A program made the translations under genes and the position numbers. This document shows positions 48,431 through 58,636 of a stretch of 64,000 nucleotides of DNA, piece after piece (within the stretch, counting starts at the first letter, position 1; every line of letters begins with the position of its first letter). The notes under the pieces were generated by a model. The model did not search any database, had not been told where the DNA came from, and saw only the letters and a list, made by a program, of their open reading frames with translations. The stretch covers positions 949,583-1,013,582 of the forward strand of contig CAWIFT010000003.1 in assembly GCA_963835455.1 (NCBI GenBank), read 5' to 3'. Origin of the DNA: an uncultured Actinomycetes bacterium (GTDB taxonomy: Bacteria; Actinomycetota; Acidimicrobiia; IMCC26256; PALSA-610).

Positions 48431-49009
48431 TCAGCCGAGCTTGACGGGCTGCACGACGAACCAAAGTGCCTCATCGGGAGCGATGCCCGGACCCGGAGGG
48501 CTTGGACCGTAGGCCTGATCGGCGGGGATACCCAGCAGACGGAGCCCACCGACCCTCATGCCGGGAATGCCGTTCGTCCAGCCCGGGATGACGCCAGTCA
48601 GGGGGAACTGAATCGGTTGGCCGTGCGCGTACGACGAATCGAAGACCGTACCGGTGCTGCACGCCACACCGACGTAGTTCGCCGTGATCGTCGCACCGGC
48701 CGGGACGACCGGCCCCGTCCCGACCTTCAAGTCCTTGATGATCAACTTCGTGGGGGGCGGCCCGATCTGGACCGGCACGTCGGGCGCACCGGCCGGCAAG
48801 CTTCCCTTGCGAGCCACGCACGGCTTTCCCGCCGCCGAACCCGCGACAGCAGAACCGATGCTCGGCGTCGAGGTCGCCGCCGCCGTGGTTGTCGTCGCAC
48901 CGCTCTGGGAGTTCGTGTTGCTCGAGCTGGTGCCACATGCCGAAGCCGCGCCGATCAACGCGACCGCAAGAGCTGCCCAGCGTGCATTCGTGCCTCGTTG
49001 ACCCCGCAC
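48431..49009 (-). CDS. FKBP-type peptidyl-prolyl cis-trans isomerase lipoprotein
   Basis: The GTG at 49009 follows GAGGAGAG. The lipobox is LIGAASAC. The FKBP core contains ITANYVGVACSTGTVFDSSY, FPLTGVIPGWTNGIPGMRVGG and LWFVV. Confidence 0.85.
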   Translation of the reverse strand: MRGQRGTNARWAALAVALIGAASACGTSSSNTNSQSGATTTTAAATSTPSIGSAVAGSAAGKPCVARKGSLPAGAPDVPVQIGPPPTKLIIKDLKVGTGPVVPAGATITANYVGVACSTGTVFDSSYAHGQPIQFPLTGVIPGWTNGIPGMRVGGLRLLGIPADQAYGPSPPGPGIAPDEALWFVVQPVKLG

Positions 49010-49220
49010 GCCCTCTCCTCGATCGTCCGTAAGGTTGCAGCAGCGTACACACACGGGTCCGGGCCTCATCGCGGGGTCGGCGCGCTATCGATGGGACCTA
49101 CGCCTCTATGTCTCGGCCCGCTTCCGGAAACACGATGACAACTCGCACCGCATTCTGTGCACGGTGGAGGAGATTCGGTTGCGTGGGAACTTTGGTTGCC
49201 GGGCTCGCGTCTTGACGAAT

Positions 49221-50420
49221 ATGAGGGTGATCGCGAGACGGTTCCTCGTCGTGCTCTGTGCCTCGGTGACCTTGGCCGCGCTTCCCGTCTGGCGCGCCGA
49301 TGCCGCAACGGTGTCGACGCAGGCGTTCACCGGCGGGGGGAGCGGAGAGATTCCGTTCCTGCCGGGCCAGACCGCGTTGGCGGGAAGCTTCAGCTCGAGC
49401 AGTCAGCTCGGCAACGGTCGGTTCTCGATCCAGATCGGGAGTTCCTTCCCGGGGAACCCCGCCGTGTTCAAACGGTCCGACGGAATGACCTTGACCGGTA
49501 CGGCGCAGCTCTCCGACAACTGCGGAACGATCCCCACGATCGCGATATGCGTGAGCGCGGACCTCGCGGGTACCGGCGACATCGCGCACGCCGACGTGGT
49601 GATGTCGGTCGAGACGCCGGCGTTCGACCAGTACTTCACGTGGTTCTTGATGCGGGGGACGCTCAACCTGAACCGGCGCGTCGGCTACGCGATGGTCGAC
49701 GCGAACGGGAGGACGTACGCGTTCGGGGGAATCGAACACCTCGGCGACGCGCCGGTCTCCCCACCCGCGGCCGATCTCACGCTCACGCCGTCAGGTCGGG
49801 GTTATTGGGTCGTGGACAACTCGGGGCATGTCTACGCGTTCGGTGACGCGCGATACCTCGGTGGCACCAACGCGATCAGCGCTGCGTCCGGCGTCGGCGT
49901 GACCAGCATGTCGGCGACGCCGACCGGCAAGGGCTACTGGCTGTTCCTCGCCGACGGGCGCGTGGCCCCCTTCGGCGACGCCAAATTCTTCGGTGACCTG
50001 CACTCGACGGTACTCAACCAACCCATCATCGGATCCGTTGCGACGCCGACCGGGAAGGGTTATTTCATGGTCGCCGGCGACGGCGGTGTCTTCGCGTTCG
50101 GTGACGCGAGGTTCCGTGGCTCGATGGGCGGCACCCACCTCAACCGACCCGTCGTCGGCATCGTGCCGACCGACGACAACACCGGCTACTGGCTCGTCGC
50201 GGCAGACGGCGGTGTCTTCAGCTTCAACGCGCCGTTCCACGGATCGATGGGAGCGGTTGCACTCAACCGCGCGATCGTCGCGATGGTGCCCTATGGCGGG
50301 TCGTACTTGATGGTCGCGGCCGACGGCGGAGTCTTCAACTTCTCCCGCGGCCCGTTCTTCGGCAGCGAGGGCGGCGGGCACGTTCCCGCGCCGATCGAGA
50401 GCGGCGCCGCCACCGGCTGA
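49221..50420 (+). CDS. secreted protein: unknown ~150-aa N-terminal domain plus six 'GYW' repeat units
   Basis: The signal peptide is MRVIARRFLVVLCASVTLAALPVWRADA/AT. The units are VGYAMVDANGRTYAFGG, RGYWVVDNSGHVYAFGD, KGYWLFLADGRVAPFGD, KGYFMVAGDGGVFAFGD, TGYWLVAADGGVFSFNA and GSYLMVAADGGVFNFSR. Confidence 0.8.
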   Translation: MRVIARRFLVVLCASVTLAALPVWRADAATVSTQAFTGGGSGEIPFLPGQTALAGSFSSSSQLGNGRFSIQIGSSFPGNPAVFKRSDGMTLTGTAQLSDNCGTIPTIAICVSADLAGTGDIAHADVVMSVETPAFDQYFTWFLMRGTLNLNRRVGYAMVDANGRTYAFGGIEHLGDAPVSPPAADLTLTPSGRGYWVVDNSGHVYAFGDARYLGGTNAISAASGVGVTSMSATPTGKGYWLFLADGRVAPFGDAKFFGDLHSTVLNQPIIGSVATPTGKGYFMVAGDGGVFAFGDARFRGSMGGTHLNRPVVGIVPTDDNTGYWLVAADGGVFSFNAPFHGSMGAVALNRAIVAMVPYGGSYLMVAADGGVFNFSRGPFFGSEGGGHVPAPIESGAATG

Positions 50421-50528
50421 CGACCGCGACTGAGCGGGCTGGACGGCACGCGCGGCGGAAAGCGGAACGAAAGCGACTGAGAGTAAGAAAGAGTCGGCGC
50501 CGTCCCCCCGGCGGCCGGAACGAGGGGA

Positions 50529-50561
50529 GACGTGCCCGACAGGGCGGGTCCCGGGCACGTC
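50529..50561. terminator. 10-bp stem hairpin between convergent genes
   Basis: The hairpin is GACGTGCCCG-(13 nt)-CGGGCACGTC. It ends 6 nt from the stop of the minus-strand gene at 50567. Confidence 0.4.
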
Positions 50562-50566
50562 GAACC

Positions 50567-51949
50567 TCACTCTCTCGTCGCAACGCGTGGAGAGGTGCGG
50601 GCGACGCGGTGGCGCGCCAAGGCGCGGAACACCCGACGGTGCACCGGTTGGAGCGCCTTCCAGTAGAGGAAGCCCGGGATCCCGGTCGGGCGGAGCGCGC
50701 CGACCTGCACCAGCTCGTTCCCCTCGACGCGATATCCGAGCCAGCCCTCGCCCGGAAACCAGTCGATGCTGCGCAGCACGAGGGTTCCGGGCTCACGTCG
50801 TCGTACGGACCACCAGTCGACCGAGGTACCGACAACGACCTCGGCGGGCCGGTACAGGTACCAGCGCTCGCCCGCGAGTCGGCCGAGCAGTGCCCGGGCG
50901 CGCCACGCCCAAGGAAGCCCGTACCAGCTGTAGCTGCCGCCGACGCGGTCGAGATCGGCGTCGATGCGTTCCGCCGCACCGGCGGGGCACGGCTCCTCGA
51001 CCCGAACCGTGTAGACGCCGTCGCGCAGTCCGTCGTCGCGGCTGAGCAGGTCGAGGTCGAGCGCCCGCGCCTGATCGTCCAGGGCTGCGGCGAGCGCGTC
51101 GACGAGTCCCATCGGGACGATGCCGAACGCCGCGTCGGTGCGCGGCCGGTCGCGGACGATCACCTCGGTCACGAGGCTCTCGACGAGCGCGTGGCTCACA
51201 CGGCGATCGACCGGCGTGACGAGGTCCAACCAATAAGACGACAGGCGGGGAGTCAGGTACGGAACGTCGACGATGCGCCGGCGCCGAAGACCGCGCGCCT
51301 TCGCGTACGCCGCGATCATCTCGCGATACGTCGTGACGTCGGCGCCGCCGATCTCGTAGATGCCGGGCCCGACATCGACCGCCCGCATGAGATAGCGGAT
51401 CACGTCGGTCAACGCGATCGGTTGCAGCGCGGTGTGGACCCAGCGCGGACACACCATGAAGGGCAGGCGCTCGGTGAGGTAGCGCAGCATCTCGAACGAG
51501 ACGCTCCCCGATCCCAGGACAACCGCGGCGCGCAACTCGACGACGGGCACGCCGCAGCAACCGAGCGCGACGCCGACCTCCTGCCGGCTCACCAGATGCT
51601 CCGACTCGGGGTCGTTCCCGAGCCCGCCGAGGTACACGATGCGGCCCACGCCGGCCGACGCGGCGGCCCGTCCGAAACCCTCGGCCAGCCGGCGGTCGCG
51701 ATCACGGAAGTCGCCCGCGCCGAGCGAGTGGACGAGGTAGTAGGCGATATCGCAGCCGGCCAGGGCCGAGCGGAGTGCCGCCGCGTCCGCCACGTCGACC
51801 GCGCCCGACCGGACCCCCGGGATCTCGGGAGGGTGGCGGGCGAGCGCGAGCACGTCGTGCTCCGCCGCCGTCAGCGCGATCGAAAGGGCCCGACCCACGA
51901 ATCCGCTGGCTCCGACAACCGCGACGCGCACTACCCCCGATCTACCCAC
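50567..51949 (-). CDS. NAD(P)H-binding SDR-family domain fused to DUF2867-like domain
   Basis: 460 aa. VAVVGASGFVGRAL is a Rossmann motif. The C-terminal part contains SVDWWSVRRREPGTLVLRS and PFHRRVFRAL-like ALQPVHRRVFRAL. Confidence 0.8.
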   Translation of the reverse strand: MGRSGVVRVAVVGASGFVGRALSIALTAAEHDVLALARHPPEIPGVRSGAVDVADAAALRSALAGCDIAYYLVHSLGAGDFRDRDRRLAEGFGRAAASAGVGRIVYLGGLGNDPESEHLVSRQEVGVALGCCGVPVVELRAAVVLGSGSVSFEMLRYLTERLPFMVCPRWVHTALQPIALTDVIRYLMRAVDVGPGIYEIGGADVTTYREMIAAYAKARGLRRRRIVDVPYLTPRLSSYWLDLVTPVDRRVSHALVESLVTEVIVRDRPRTDAAFGIVPMGLVDALAAALDDQARALDLDLLSRDDGLRDGVYTVRVEEPCPAGAAERIDADLDRVGGSYSWYGLPWAWRARALLGRLAGERWYLYRPAEVVVGTSVDWWSVRRREPGTLVLRSIDWFPGEGWLGYRVEGNELVQVGALRPTGIPGFLYWKALQPVHRRVFRALARHRVARTSPRVATRE

Positions 51950-51976
51950 GTCGACGCGGGACGACTCGAGCTCCGC

Positions 51977-54722
51977 TCAGACGTCCACGAGGCCGGCACG
52001 CACCGCGTACGCGGCGATCTCGGCCCGGCTCGTCATCGAGAGCTTGGCGAGGATGTTGGACACGTGCACCGACGCGGTCTTGGGGGAGATGAACAGGCGC
52101 GTGGCGATCTCGCCGTTGCTGAGGCCCTCGGTCAGGAGCGCCGCGACCTCGCGTTCGCGCGGAGTCAGCTCGGCCGGCCCGGCGACCATCTCACCGCCGC
52201 CGAGTCGCCGGCGCAGCGCGGCGAGCTCCTCCACCCGCGTTCCTCCCCACCGCGCGAGGAGCGCCTCGGCGTTGGCGGCGTGATCCTTGGCTTCGTCGAG
52301 CCGCCGCCGCGCGACCAGACTGCGACCCGCGCCGACGTGCGCGGTCCCGCGTGCCGCGGGGCGCACCTGGTTGCCGGCGCGCGCGATCGCCCGCTCGTAC
52401 TCGACCACGGCGGCCGCGAAATCGCCGCCGGCTTCGAGCAGCTGCGCGTGGGCGAGCATCCGGTACGGGTCGTCGCGCTCGCGGCGCTGCCCGAATCCGA
52501 TCGTCGGCAGACCGTCGAAGACCTCCTGCACTTCTTCGACCGGGAGGCCGCCGATGAGCATCGCGCGGACGAGGTCGTGCACGAGTTGCGGGTCGACACC
52601 ACCGCGGGTCGCGGCGATCTCGATCAGCGCACCTCCGTGCCGTCGTACTCCTTGCGCGTCGTGCCGCAGCGCGGCGATGTGCAACCCGAGCCCGCGCCAC
52701 CACATCGCGTGCGCGCCCGCGGCCAGGTCGACGCCGTCGAAGATCGCCTCGGCCCGGTCGACTTCACCGGCTTCGAGCGCCAGTCCCGCGGAGTGCGCCC
52801 GGTACCAGAACACCGGGGTGCTGCCCGCGGATCGCCGTTGGGCGCGCAGGGCTTCCTCGCTGTACGTGAGCGCGGCGCCGAGGTCGCCCTCCCACTCGGC
52901 CAGGTCGGCGAGCCCGTCCCAGTAGCTGCCCGCGAACAGATCGAAGCCCGCCCGTTCCGTCGCGTCGCGCATTCGCAACAGGAGCGAGCGCGCTTCGTCG
53001 CGCGTCGGGTCGGTACCAGTCGCCGCGCACGAGGTTGTTCAGACCGCGCGCGACGAGGACCCACTGGCCGAGTCGCTCGGCCTCGTCGACCAACACCTCG
53101 AGGACGGCCGCGGCCTGTTCGGCCAGCTCGGCCTGGTTGATCAACGCCGACGCGCGCTCGATCTCGGCGCGTACCCGTACTTCGGGCAGATCGAGCCGCT
53201 CCGCGAGTGCCACCGCGCGATCGGCCCACGCGTTCGCACCGTCGAGATCGTCGACGAGCATCGACATCTCGGTGAGCACGGCGAACGCCATACCCTGCTC
53301 GACGCCCTCGTCGAGGCGCTCGACGAGCGCCGCGAGCGCGGCCGTGCTCTCGGCGGTCGCCGCGGCATCGCCGATGTCGTGATCGAGGCGACAGATGAGG
53401 CGGAGCGCGGCCGACTCCGCTTCGAGGTCTCCGGCCTTGCGGGCTTGTTCGATACTGCGGCCGGCCAGGCTGCGGGCGTCGAGCAGGAGGCCGTTCAGCC
53501 ACGCCGCCTGACTCGCGATCGCCAGCAACTCGGCGTCGTCCGCCATCTCGCTCAGACCGAGCTCGGCGAGTTGCAACGCCTGGTAGCTCGACCCGGAGAG
53601 CAGCGAGCGCAACGCGCCCTTGCGCGCGGCGGCGACCATGTCGTCGAACTGCCCGGCGCCCCGCGCGTGGTGCGCGATCGCGGCGTAGTCGTGGCTGTCC
53701 GTCTCCCGCAACGCGTCGAGCGCGGCGTGGTGCAGATGGCGGCGCTCGCGTCCGAGGAGGTCGGCCTCGATGGTCTCGCGTACGAGCGCGTGGCGGAACG
53801 AGAAGATGTCGGCTTCGCCCTCCACCAACAAGCCCCGTGCGACGAGGTGACGCAGGATCGGGATGAGCTCCCGGTCGGTGTTCCCCGAGACCGCCGACAG
53901 GAGATCGAAGTCGACGCGTGTGACGCCGAGCACCGCCGCGGTCTCGAGCACTCGTCGCTGCTCGGCGGTCAGGTCGTCGAGCTGCGCGTGCACGAGCTCC
54001 GCCAGGCTCCACGGCAGCTCCTGGCTCAACAGCGCGTCGGGATCGTCCCTCGGTCCCGCGGCGAGCAACTCCTCGAGGAAGAACGGATTGCCGCCCGTGC
54101 GCGAGTGCAGCGCGTCGATGACGCGGTAGGACGGTTCACGCCCGTACACCGCGGTGAGGAACGCCCCGACCTCGAGCGTGGACAGGCGGTCGAGATGGAG
54201 GTGCGTGACGGCGTGGCGCCGCTCCAGGCGCGGCAGCATCTCCGCGGTCGGGTGCCGGCGGTGCAACGCGTCCGGTCGATAGGTGCCGACCAGCAGCCGC
54301 GGTCCGCTGCCCTGTTCCGCCAGCCGTTCGAAGAGGGCGACGCTCTCGGGGTCGGCCCAGTGGAGGTCGTCGAACACGACCATGCTCGGAACCGACCGGG
54401 TCAGGTCGCGCACGATCTCGAGCCCGAGCCGGACCCGCTCGTCGGCCGGGCGCTCCGAGTCGGCGAGGCGTTCGACGCGCTCGTCCTCACGCGCGTGGCC
54501 CGTGCCGAGCGCGTCGAGCAGCAATTCGAACGGACGGCCGAACGATCCCGGATCGGCCTGGCCGGCGAACACGACCATGTCCGGGGGGAGCCGGTCGACC
54601 AGCTCGCGCACGAGCCGGGTCTTGCCGACCCCCGCTTCACCACCGACGAGGGCGATCGCCGGGCCCTGGCCGGCATCGACGAGCCGGGCGAGCCGCTCGA
54701 GCTCGTCCGCCCGCCCCGCCAT
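51977..54722 (-). pseudogene. large ATP-binding LuxR-family (LAL/MalT-like) regulator, frame-shifted near 53000
   Basis: The N-terminal ATPase (LVGGEAGVGKTRLV) runs in one frame down to ...NNLVRGDWYRPDA. It continues in another frame as DEARSLLLRMRDATERAGFDLF... and ends in a LuxR HTH (LTPREREVAALLTEGLSNGEIATRLFISPKTASVHVSNIL). The span is 2746 nt, which is 3n+1. Confidence 0.75.
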
Positions 54723-55087
54723 CTGCGGTGAAAGACCCGGGCGACCCAGCGACACGTCCCCAGAGTAAAGGCCGCCGTTCAGCGAGGAGCCAGAGAATGC
54801 CGGCGGAAGGTGAGGAGCAGGTGGTGGTGGCGCACCGAGTGCGCGGGGTGCGCGGCCTGGTGCATCGTCGCCCGGCCGTCCTTGCGCAGACGGCGGTTTC
54901 GGGCCTCGGCTTCTCGTGCCTGGCGGATGTCGCTCACCCGCTGTTGGGCCTGGTACAGGTTGTTCATACGGAGATCGTGCGCCTCTGAGGTACACGGCCA
55001 CATCGGGACGATGCCTTATTCCGCGACCCGGATCTGCCTAGGCCGCCGGTTTTCGAGGGGGCGGGTCTCCTTAGACTCTCGCCCGTC

Positions 55088-56005
55088 GTGGAATCTGGAT
55101 CGCTACTTCGTCTCGACGGGCTGACCAAGCGCTATCCCGGCACGACCGCGCTCGATGATCTGACGATCGACGTGCCGCGCGGGCGGATCGGCCTCGTCGG
55201 CGCCAACGGGGCGGGAAAGACGACGACGTTTCGGCTGCTCCTCGGGCTCGCGCACCCGACGGAGGGTCACATCGAGGTCTGTGGTCTCGACGTCGAGCGC
55301 GACCCGATCGGTGTCCGGGCCCGGCTCGGCTACATGCCCGAGCACGATTGCCTGCCGCTCGACCAGAGCGCGGCGGACGTGGTGGCGACGTTCGGTGAGC
55401 TGAGCGGGCTGCCGGCCCGGGCCGCGCGCCAACGTGCGTCCGACATCCTCGATCTCGTCGGGCTCGACGAAGCGCGCTTCCGGTCGATCGGCGAGTTCTC
55501 GACGGGAATGCGGCAGCGGACGAAGCTCGCGCAGGCGATCGTCAGTGATCCGGAGCTCGTGCTGCTCGACGAACCGACGAGCGGTCTCGATCCCGCGGGG
55601 CGCGACGACATGCTCGCACTCGTGGCGCGGCTCGGAACGTTCGGCATCTCCGTGTTGATGGCCACCCATCTCCTCGACGACGTGCAGAAGGTGTGCGACT
55701 ACGTCGTGATGATCGACGGCGGGCGGCTGGTCGTCGCGGGCGCGACCGAGTCACTCCTCGAACGCACCGGCACCGTGACCGTCGACGTCGGCCCGAGCGG
55801 TCCTGATCTCGTTGCCGCCCTCGGCGCGATGAATCTCCGGGCCGTTGCCGCAGACGGCCACGTCGAGGTCGAGGTCGACGGCGACGAGGGCCTCGACCTG
55901 TTGCGCGACCTCATCGCCCGGCTCGAGCTCCCGCTCTACCGCCTCTCGACTCGGGTCACGTCGCTCGACGAAGTGTTCCTGAATCGCTCCGAGGACGTCT
56001 CGTGA
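55088..56005 (+). CDS. ABC transporter ATP-binding protein
   Basis: Walker A is GANGAGKTT, the signature is FSTGMRQR, and Walker B is LVLLDEPTSGLD. Confidence 0.9.
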   Translation: MESGSLLRLDGLTKRYPGTTALDDLTIDVPRGRIGLVGANGAGKTTTFRLLLGLAHPTEGHIEVCGLDVERDPIGVRARLGYMPEHDCLPLDQSAADVVATFGELSGLPARAARQRASDILDLVGLDEARFRSIGEFSTGMRQRTKLAQAIVSDPELVLLDEPTSGLDPAGRDDMLALVARLGTFGISVLMATHLLDDVQKVCDYVVMIDGGRLVVAGATESLLERTGTVTVDVGPSGPDLVAALGAMNLRAVAADGHVEVEVDGDEGLDLLRDLIARLELPLYRLSTRVTSLDEVFLNRSEDVS

Positions 56006-56904
56006 GCGTGGTCGAGGCGGGCCAGGGTGCGGTCTACGACCGCGGCTACCGGCCCTACGACGGACCGCGCGGCCGGCGCGGCGCCGCGACCCTGGCGTTG
56101 TACAAGGCGTCGATGCGGCGCGCGCTCGGCATCCGGCGCTCGTGGCGCCAGAAGGTGGCGCCGTTCGTGCTGCTCGGGATCGTCACGATCCCGGCGATCG
56201 TCAACGTCGGGATCGGCTACGTGACGCGCAACCGCTTCCTGACGGAGCGGATCGAGATCATCACGTACCACGACTACGTCGGGGTGTCGGCGGCGCTGTT
56301 GTTGTTCGTGGCCCTGGTGGCCCCCGATGTCGTGTGTCCCGACCGGCGCCAGCACGTCTTGCCGCTCATGTTCGCCCGTCCGATCACGGGCGTCGACTAC
56401 GTGCTCGCCAAGCTCGGCGCGATCGCAACGATCGTCTTCGCGTTCTCGTTCCTGCCCCAGGTCGTGCTGTACGTCGGCAACATGCTCGTGAGCGACAGCG
56501 CGCTCGACTACTTCACCGGCCATCTCGACGTCGTCTGGAAGGTGCCGCTCGCGGTCGCGCTCCTCTCGATCTACTACGCGGTCGTCGGAGTCGCGATCTC
56601 GTCACTCACGGACCGCCGGATCGTTGCGGGAGCGTCGGTGATCGGGCTGTTCCTCGTCACCTCGATCGCGGCCGGGATCTTCGTGGGCGACTTCCACGAG
56701 AAGGGCGGTTCCGCGGCCGCGCTGATCAACGTGCTGGCGATGCCGTTGTACTTGCGGGACCTGGTGTTCTTCGGGCACATCGGTCCTCGCTCGCCGCTCT
56801 CCGGAGTGAACAACGGTGGGCTCTTCGCGATCATCGCGTACTCCGCGGTGTTGCTCACCGGGATCGCGGTGCTGCTGCGGCGGTACCGCTGGGTGGAGCG
56901 ATGA
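56002..56904 (+). CDS. ABC-2-type transporter permease
   Basis: 300 aa with about 6 hydrophobic helices. It is 4-nt coupled to both neighbouring genes. Confidence 0.75.
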   Translation: MSVVEAGQGAVYDRGYRPYDGPRGRRGAATLALYKASMRRALGIRRSWRQKVAPFVLLGIVTIPAIVNVGIGYVTRNRFLTERIEIITYHDYVGVSAALLLFVALVAPDVVCPDRRQHVLPLMFARPITGVDYVLAKLGAIATIVFAFSFLPQVVLYVGNMLVSDSALDYFTGHLDVVWKVPLAVALLSIYYAVVGVAISSLTDRRIVAGASVIGLFLVTSIAAGIFVGDFHEKGGSAAALINVLAMPLYLRDLVFFGHIGPRSPLSGVNNGGLFAIIAYSAVLLTGIAVLLRRYRWVER

Positions 56905-57869
56905 CCGCGGCGCTCGGCCCGGATGGGGCGATCGTGCACGACCCCGCGTTCGCGCCGGACGCGACCGTGACCGTGAGCAACGTGTCGGTGTGGTTCCGGC
57001 AGAAGGTCGCGTTGTCGGAGCTGAGTTGTTCGTTCGGCCCGGGAGTAACGGGGCTGCTCGGGCCCAACGGCGCCGGGAAGACCACGCTCATGCGCGCGAT
57101 CACGGGCCTCATCGACGTCAACCAGGGTTCCGTTCGGATCGAGAAGAGCGATCCCCGCCGTGATCGCAAGGTGTTCCGCCGGCTCGCGCTGGTGCCCGAG
57201 GACGAAGCGGTGCCGGGCGGTCTCACCGCGCGTCAGTTCGTGCGGTACGTCGCCGACCTCCACGGCGTCGTCGATCGGAACGCGCCCGACGACGCCCTGG
57301 AGTCCGTCGCCATGCTCGACGTCGCCGACCGGAGCGTCGACGCGTTCAGCAAGGGCATGCGGCAGCGGACCAAGGTTGCGGCCGCGCTCGTCTGCGATCC
57401 GCACGTACTCGTGCTCGACGAACCGCTGAACGGCGCCGATCCGGTCCAGCGGCTGAAGCTCATCGCGCTGTTCCAGCAACTCGGTGCCGAAGGTCGCACC
57501 GTGATCGTCAGCTCGCACATCCTGAACGAGGTCGAACGACTGGCGCCGCGGGTGATCGTGCTCATCAACGGTCGGCTCGCGGCCGCCGGCGGCCACCACG
57601 CGATCCGCGACGCGATGGACGACCGGCCGCGCCACGTGCTCGTCCGCTCCGACGACGGCCGGCGCCTGGCGTCGGCGCTGGTCGTGCTCGACTCGGTCGG
57701 GGGAGTGACATTCGACGCCGCGCGCGACGGCGTCGTGATCGAGACCGTGCGCGCACGCGAGTTGGCGACCGCGCTGCCCCGGCTCGCACGCGACGCGTCG
57801 ATCCGGTTGCTCGAGGTGCGCGCGCTCGACGACTCGCTCGAGAGCCTGTTCCGGGAGCTGATCCGGTGA
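56901..57869 (+). CDS. ABC transporter ATP-binding protein (second ATPase)
   Basis: The ATG at 56901 forms an ATGA overlap. Walker A is GPNGAGKTT, the signature is FSKGMRQR, and Walker B is VLVLDEPLNGAD. Confidence 0.9.
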   Translation: MTAALGPDGAIVHDPAFAPDATVTVSNVSVWFRQKVALSELSCSFGPGVTGLLGPNGAGKTTLMRAITGLIDVNQGSVRIEKSDPRRDRKVFRRLALVPEDEAVPGGLTARQFVRYVADLHGVVDRNAPDDALESVAMLDVADRSVDAFSKGMRQRTKVAAALVCDPHVLVLDEPLNGADPVQRLKLIALFQQLGAEGRTVIVSSHILNEVERLAPRVIVLINGRLAAAGGHHAIRDAMDDRPRHVLVRSDDGRRLASALVVLDSVGGVTFDAARDGVVIETVRARELATALPRLARDASIRLLEVRALDDSLESLFRELIR

Positions 57870-58636
57870 GCGTGTCGCAGCCCGCGACGTCGACACGGCC
57901 GAGGTCGCGTTTCATCGCGATCCTCGTCTACACGCTGCGCTCGTGCTTCCCGCGCAAGCGGTGGCTGGCGGTGCTGGTGCCGTGCGCGGGTGCGATCCTG
58001 TTCGGGCTGCTCGCCCACGCGGTGGAGCGCGAATCCGCGCAACGGGCCTTCGCCCGCGTCGCCGCCGACGGCATCTTCGGGCTCGTCGTACCGATCGCCG
58101 CGCTCGTCATCGGCGACTCCGTGCTCGGCGCCGAAGTGCGCGCCGGCACCTTTCACTTCACCTGGCTCACGCCCACGCCCACTTCGCTGATCGTGTTCGG
58201 GCGCTGGGCGGGTGGCTCGCTCGTGGCGCTGGCCACGATTGCGCCCGCATGTGCGCTGGCCGCCGTGGTCGCGGGATCGCCCGAGAGTGCGGGACCGGCG
58301 TTCCTCGCGGCGGCGGTCGGGAGCGCGGCGTACGTCGCGGTCTTCATCGCGATCGCGTCGCTCACCCGGCGCACCGCCGTGTGGTCGCTGGCGTTCGTGT
58401 TCCTGGTCGAGCGCCTGCTGGGCTCGGCGTTGACGGGCGTCGCGCAACTCTCGCCGACTTGGGAATCGCGCGCGATCTTTCTCGGTCTCCTCGACAACGT
58501 GCCCAGTCGCATCGTCCGCACCGGCATCCCGCAGGGCGGCGCGGCAGTCGTGCGTCTCGCGCTCGTGACGGTCGTCGCCCTCGTCGTCGCGATCTGGCGC
58601 ATGGGTCACATGCGCATGTCGGGCGCTTCCGACTAG
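57866..58636 (+). CDS. ABC-2-type transporter permease (second)
   Basis: 256 aa with multiple TM helices. It is 4-nt coupled to the upstream ATPase. Confidence 0.7.
   Translation: MSVSQPATSTRPRSRFIAILVYTLRSCFPRKRWLAVLVPCAGAILFGLLAHAVERESAQRAFARVAADGIFGLVVPIAALVIGDSVLGAEVRAGTFHFTWLTPTPTSLIVFGRWAGGSLVALATIAPACALAAVVAGSPESAGPAFLAAAVGSAAYVAVFIAIASLTRRTAVWSLAFVFLVERLLGSALTGVAQLSPTWESRAIFLGLLDNVPSRIVRTGIPQGGAAVVRLALVTVVALVVAIWRMGHMRMSGASD

Noticed and set aside
58633-58636. Shared CTAG where the convergent permease and LAL regulator genes both terminate (similarly 1372-1375 for the LEH-like gene and the ligase)
   Set aside because: Overlapping convergent stop codons are common in compact high-G+C genomes and need no special explanation.
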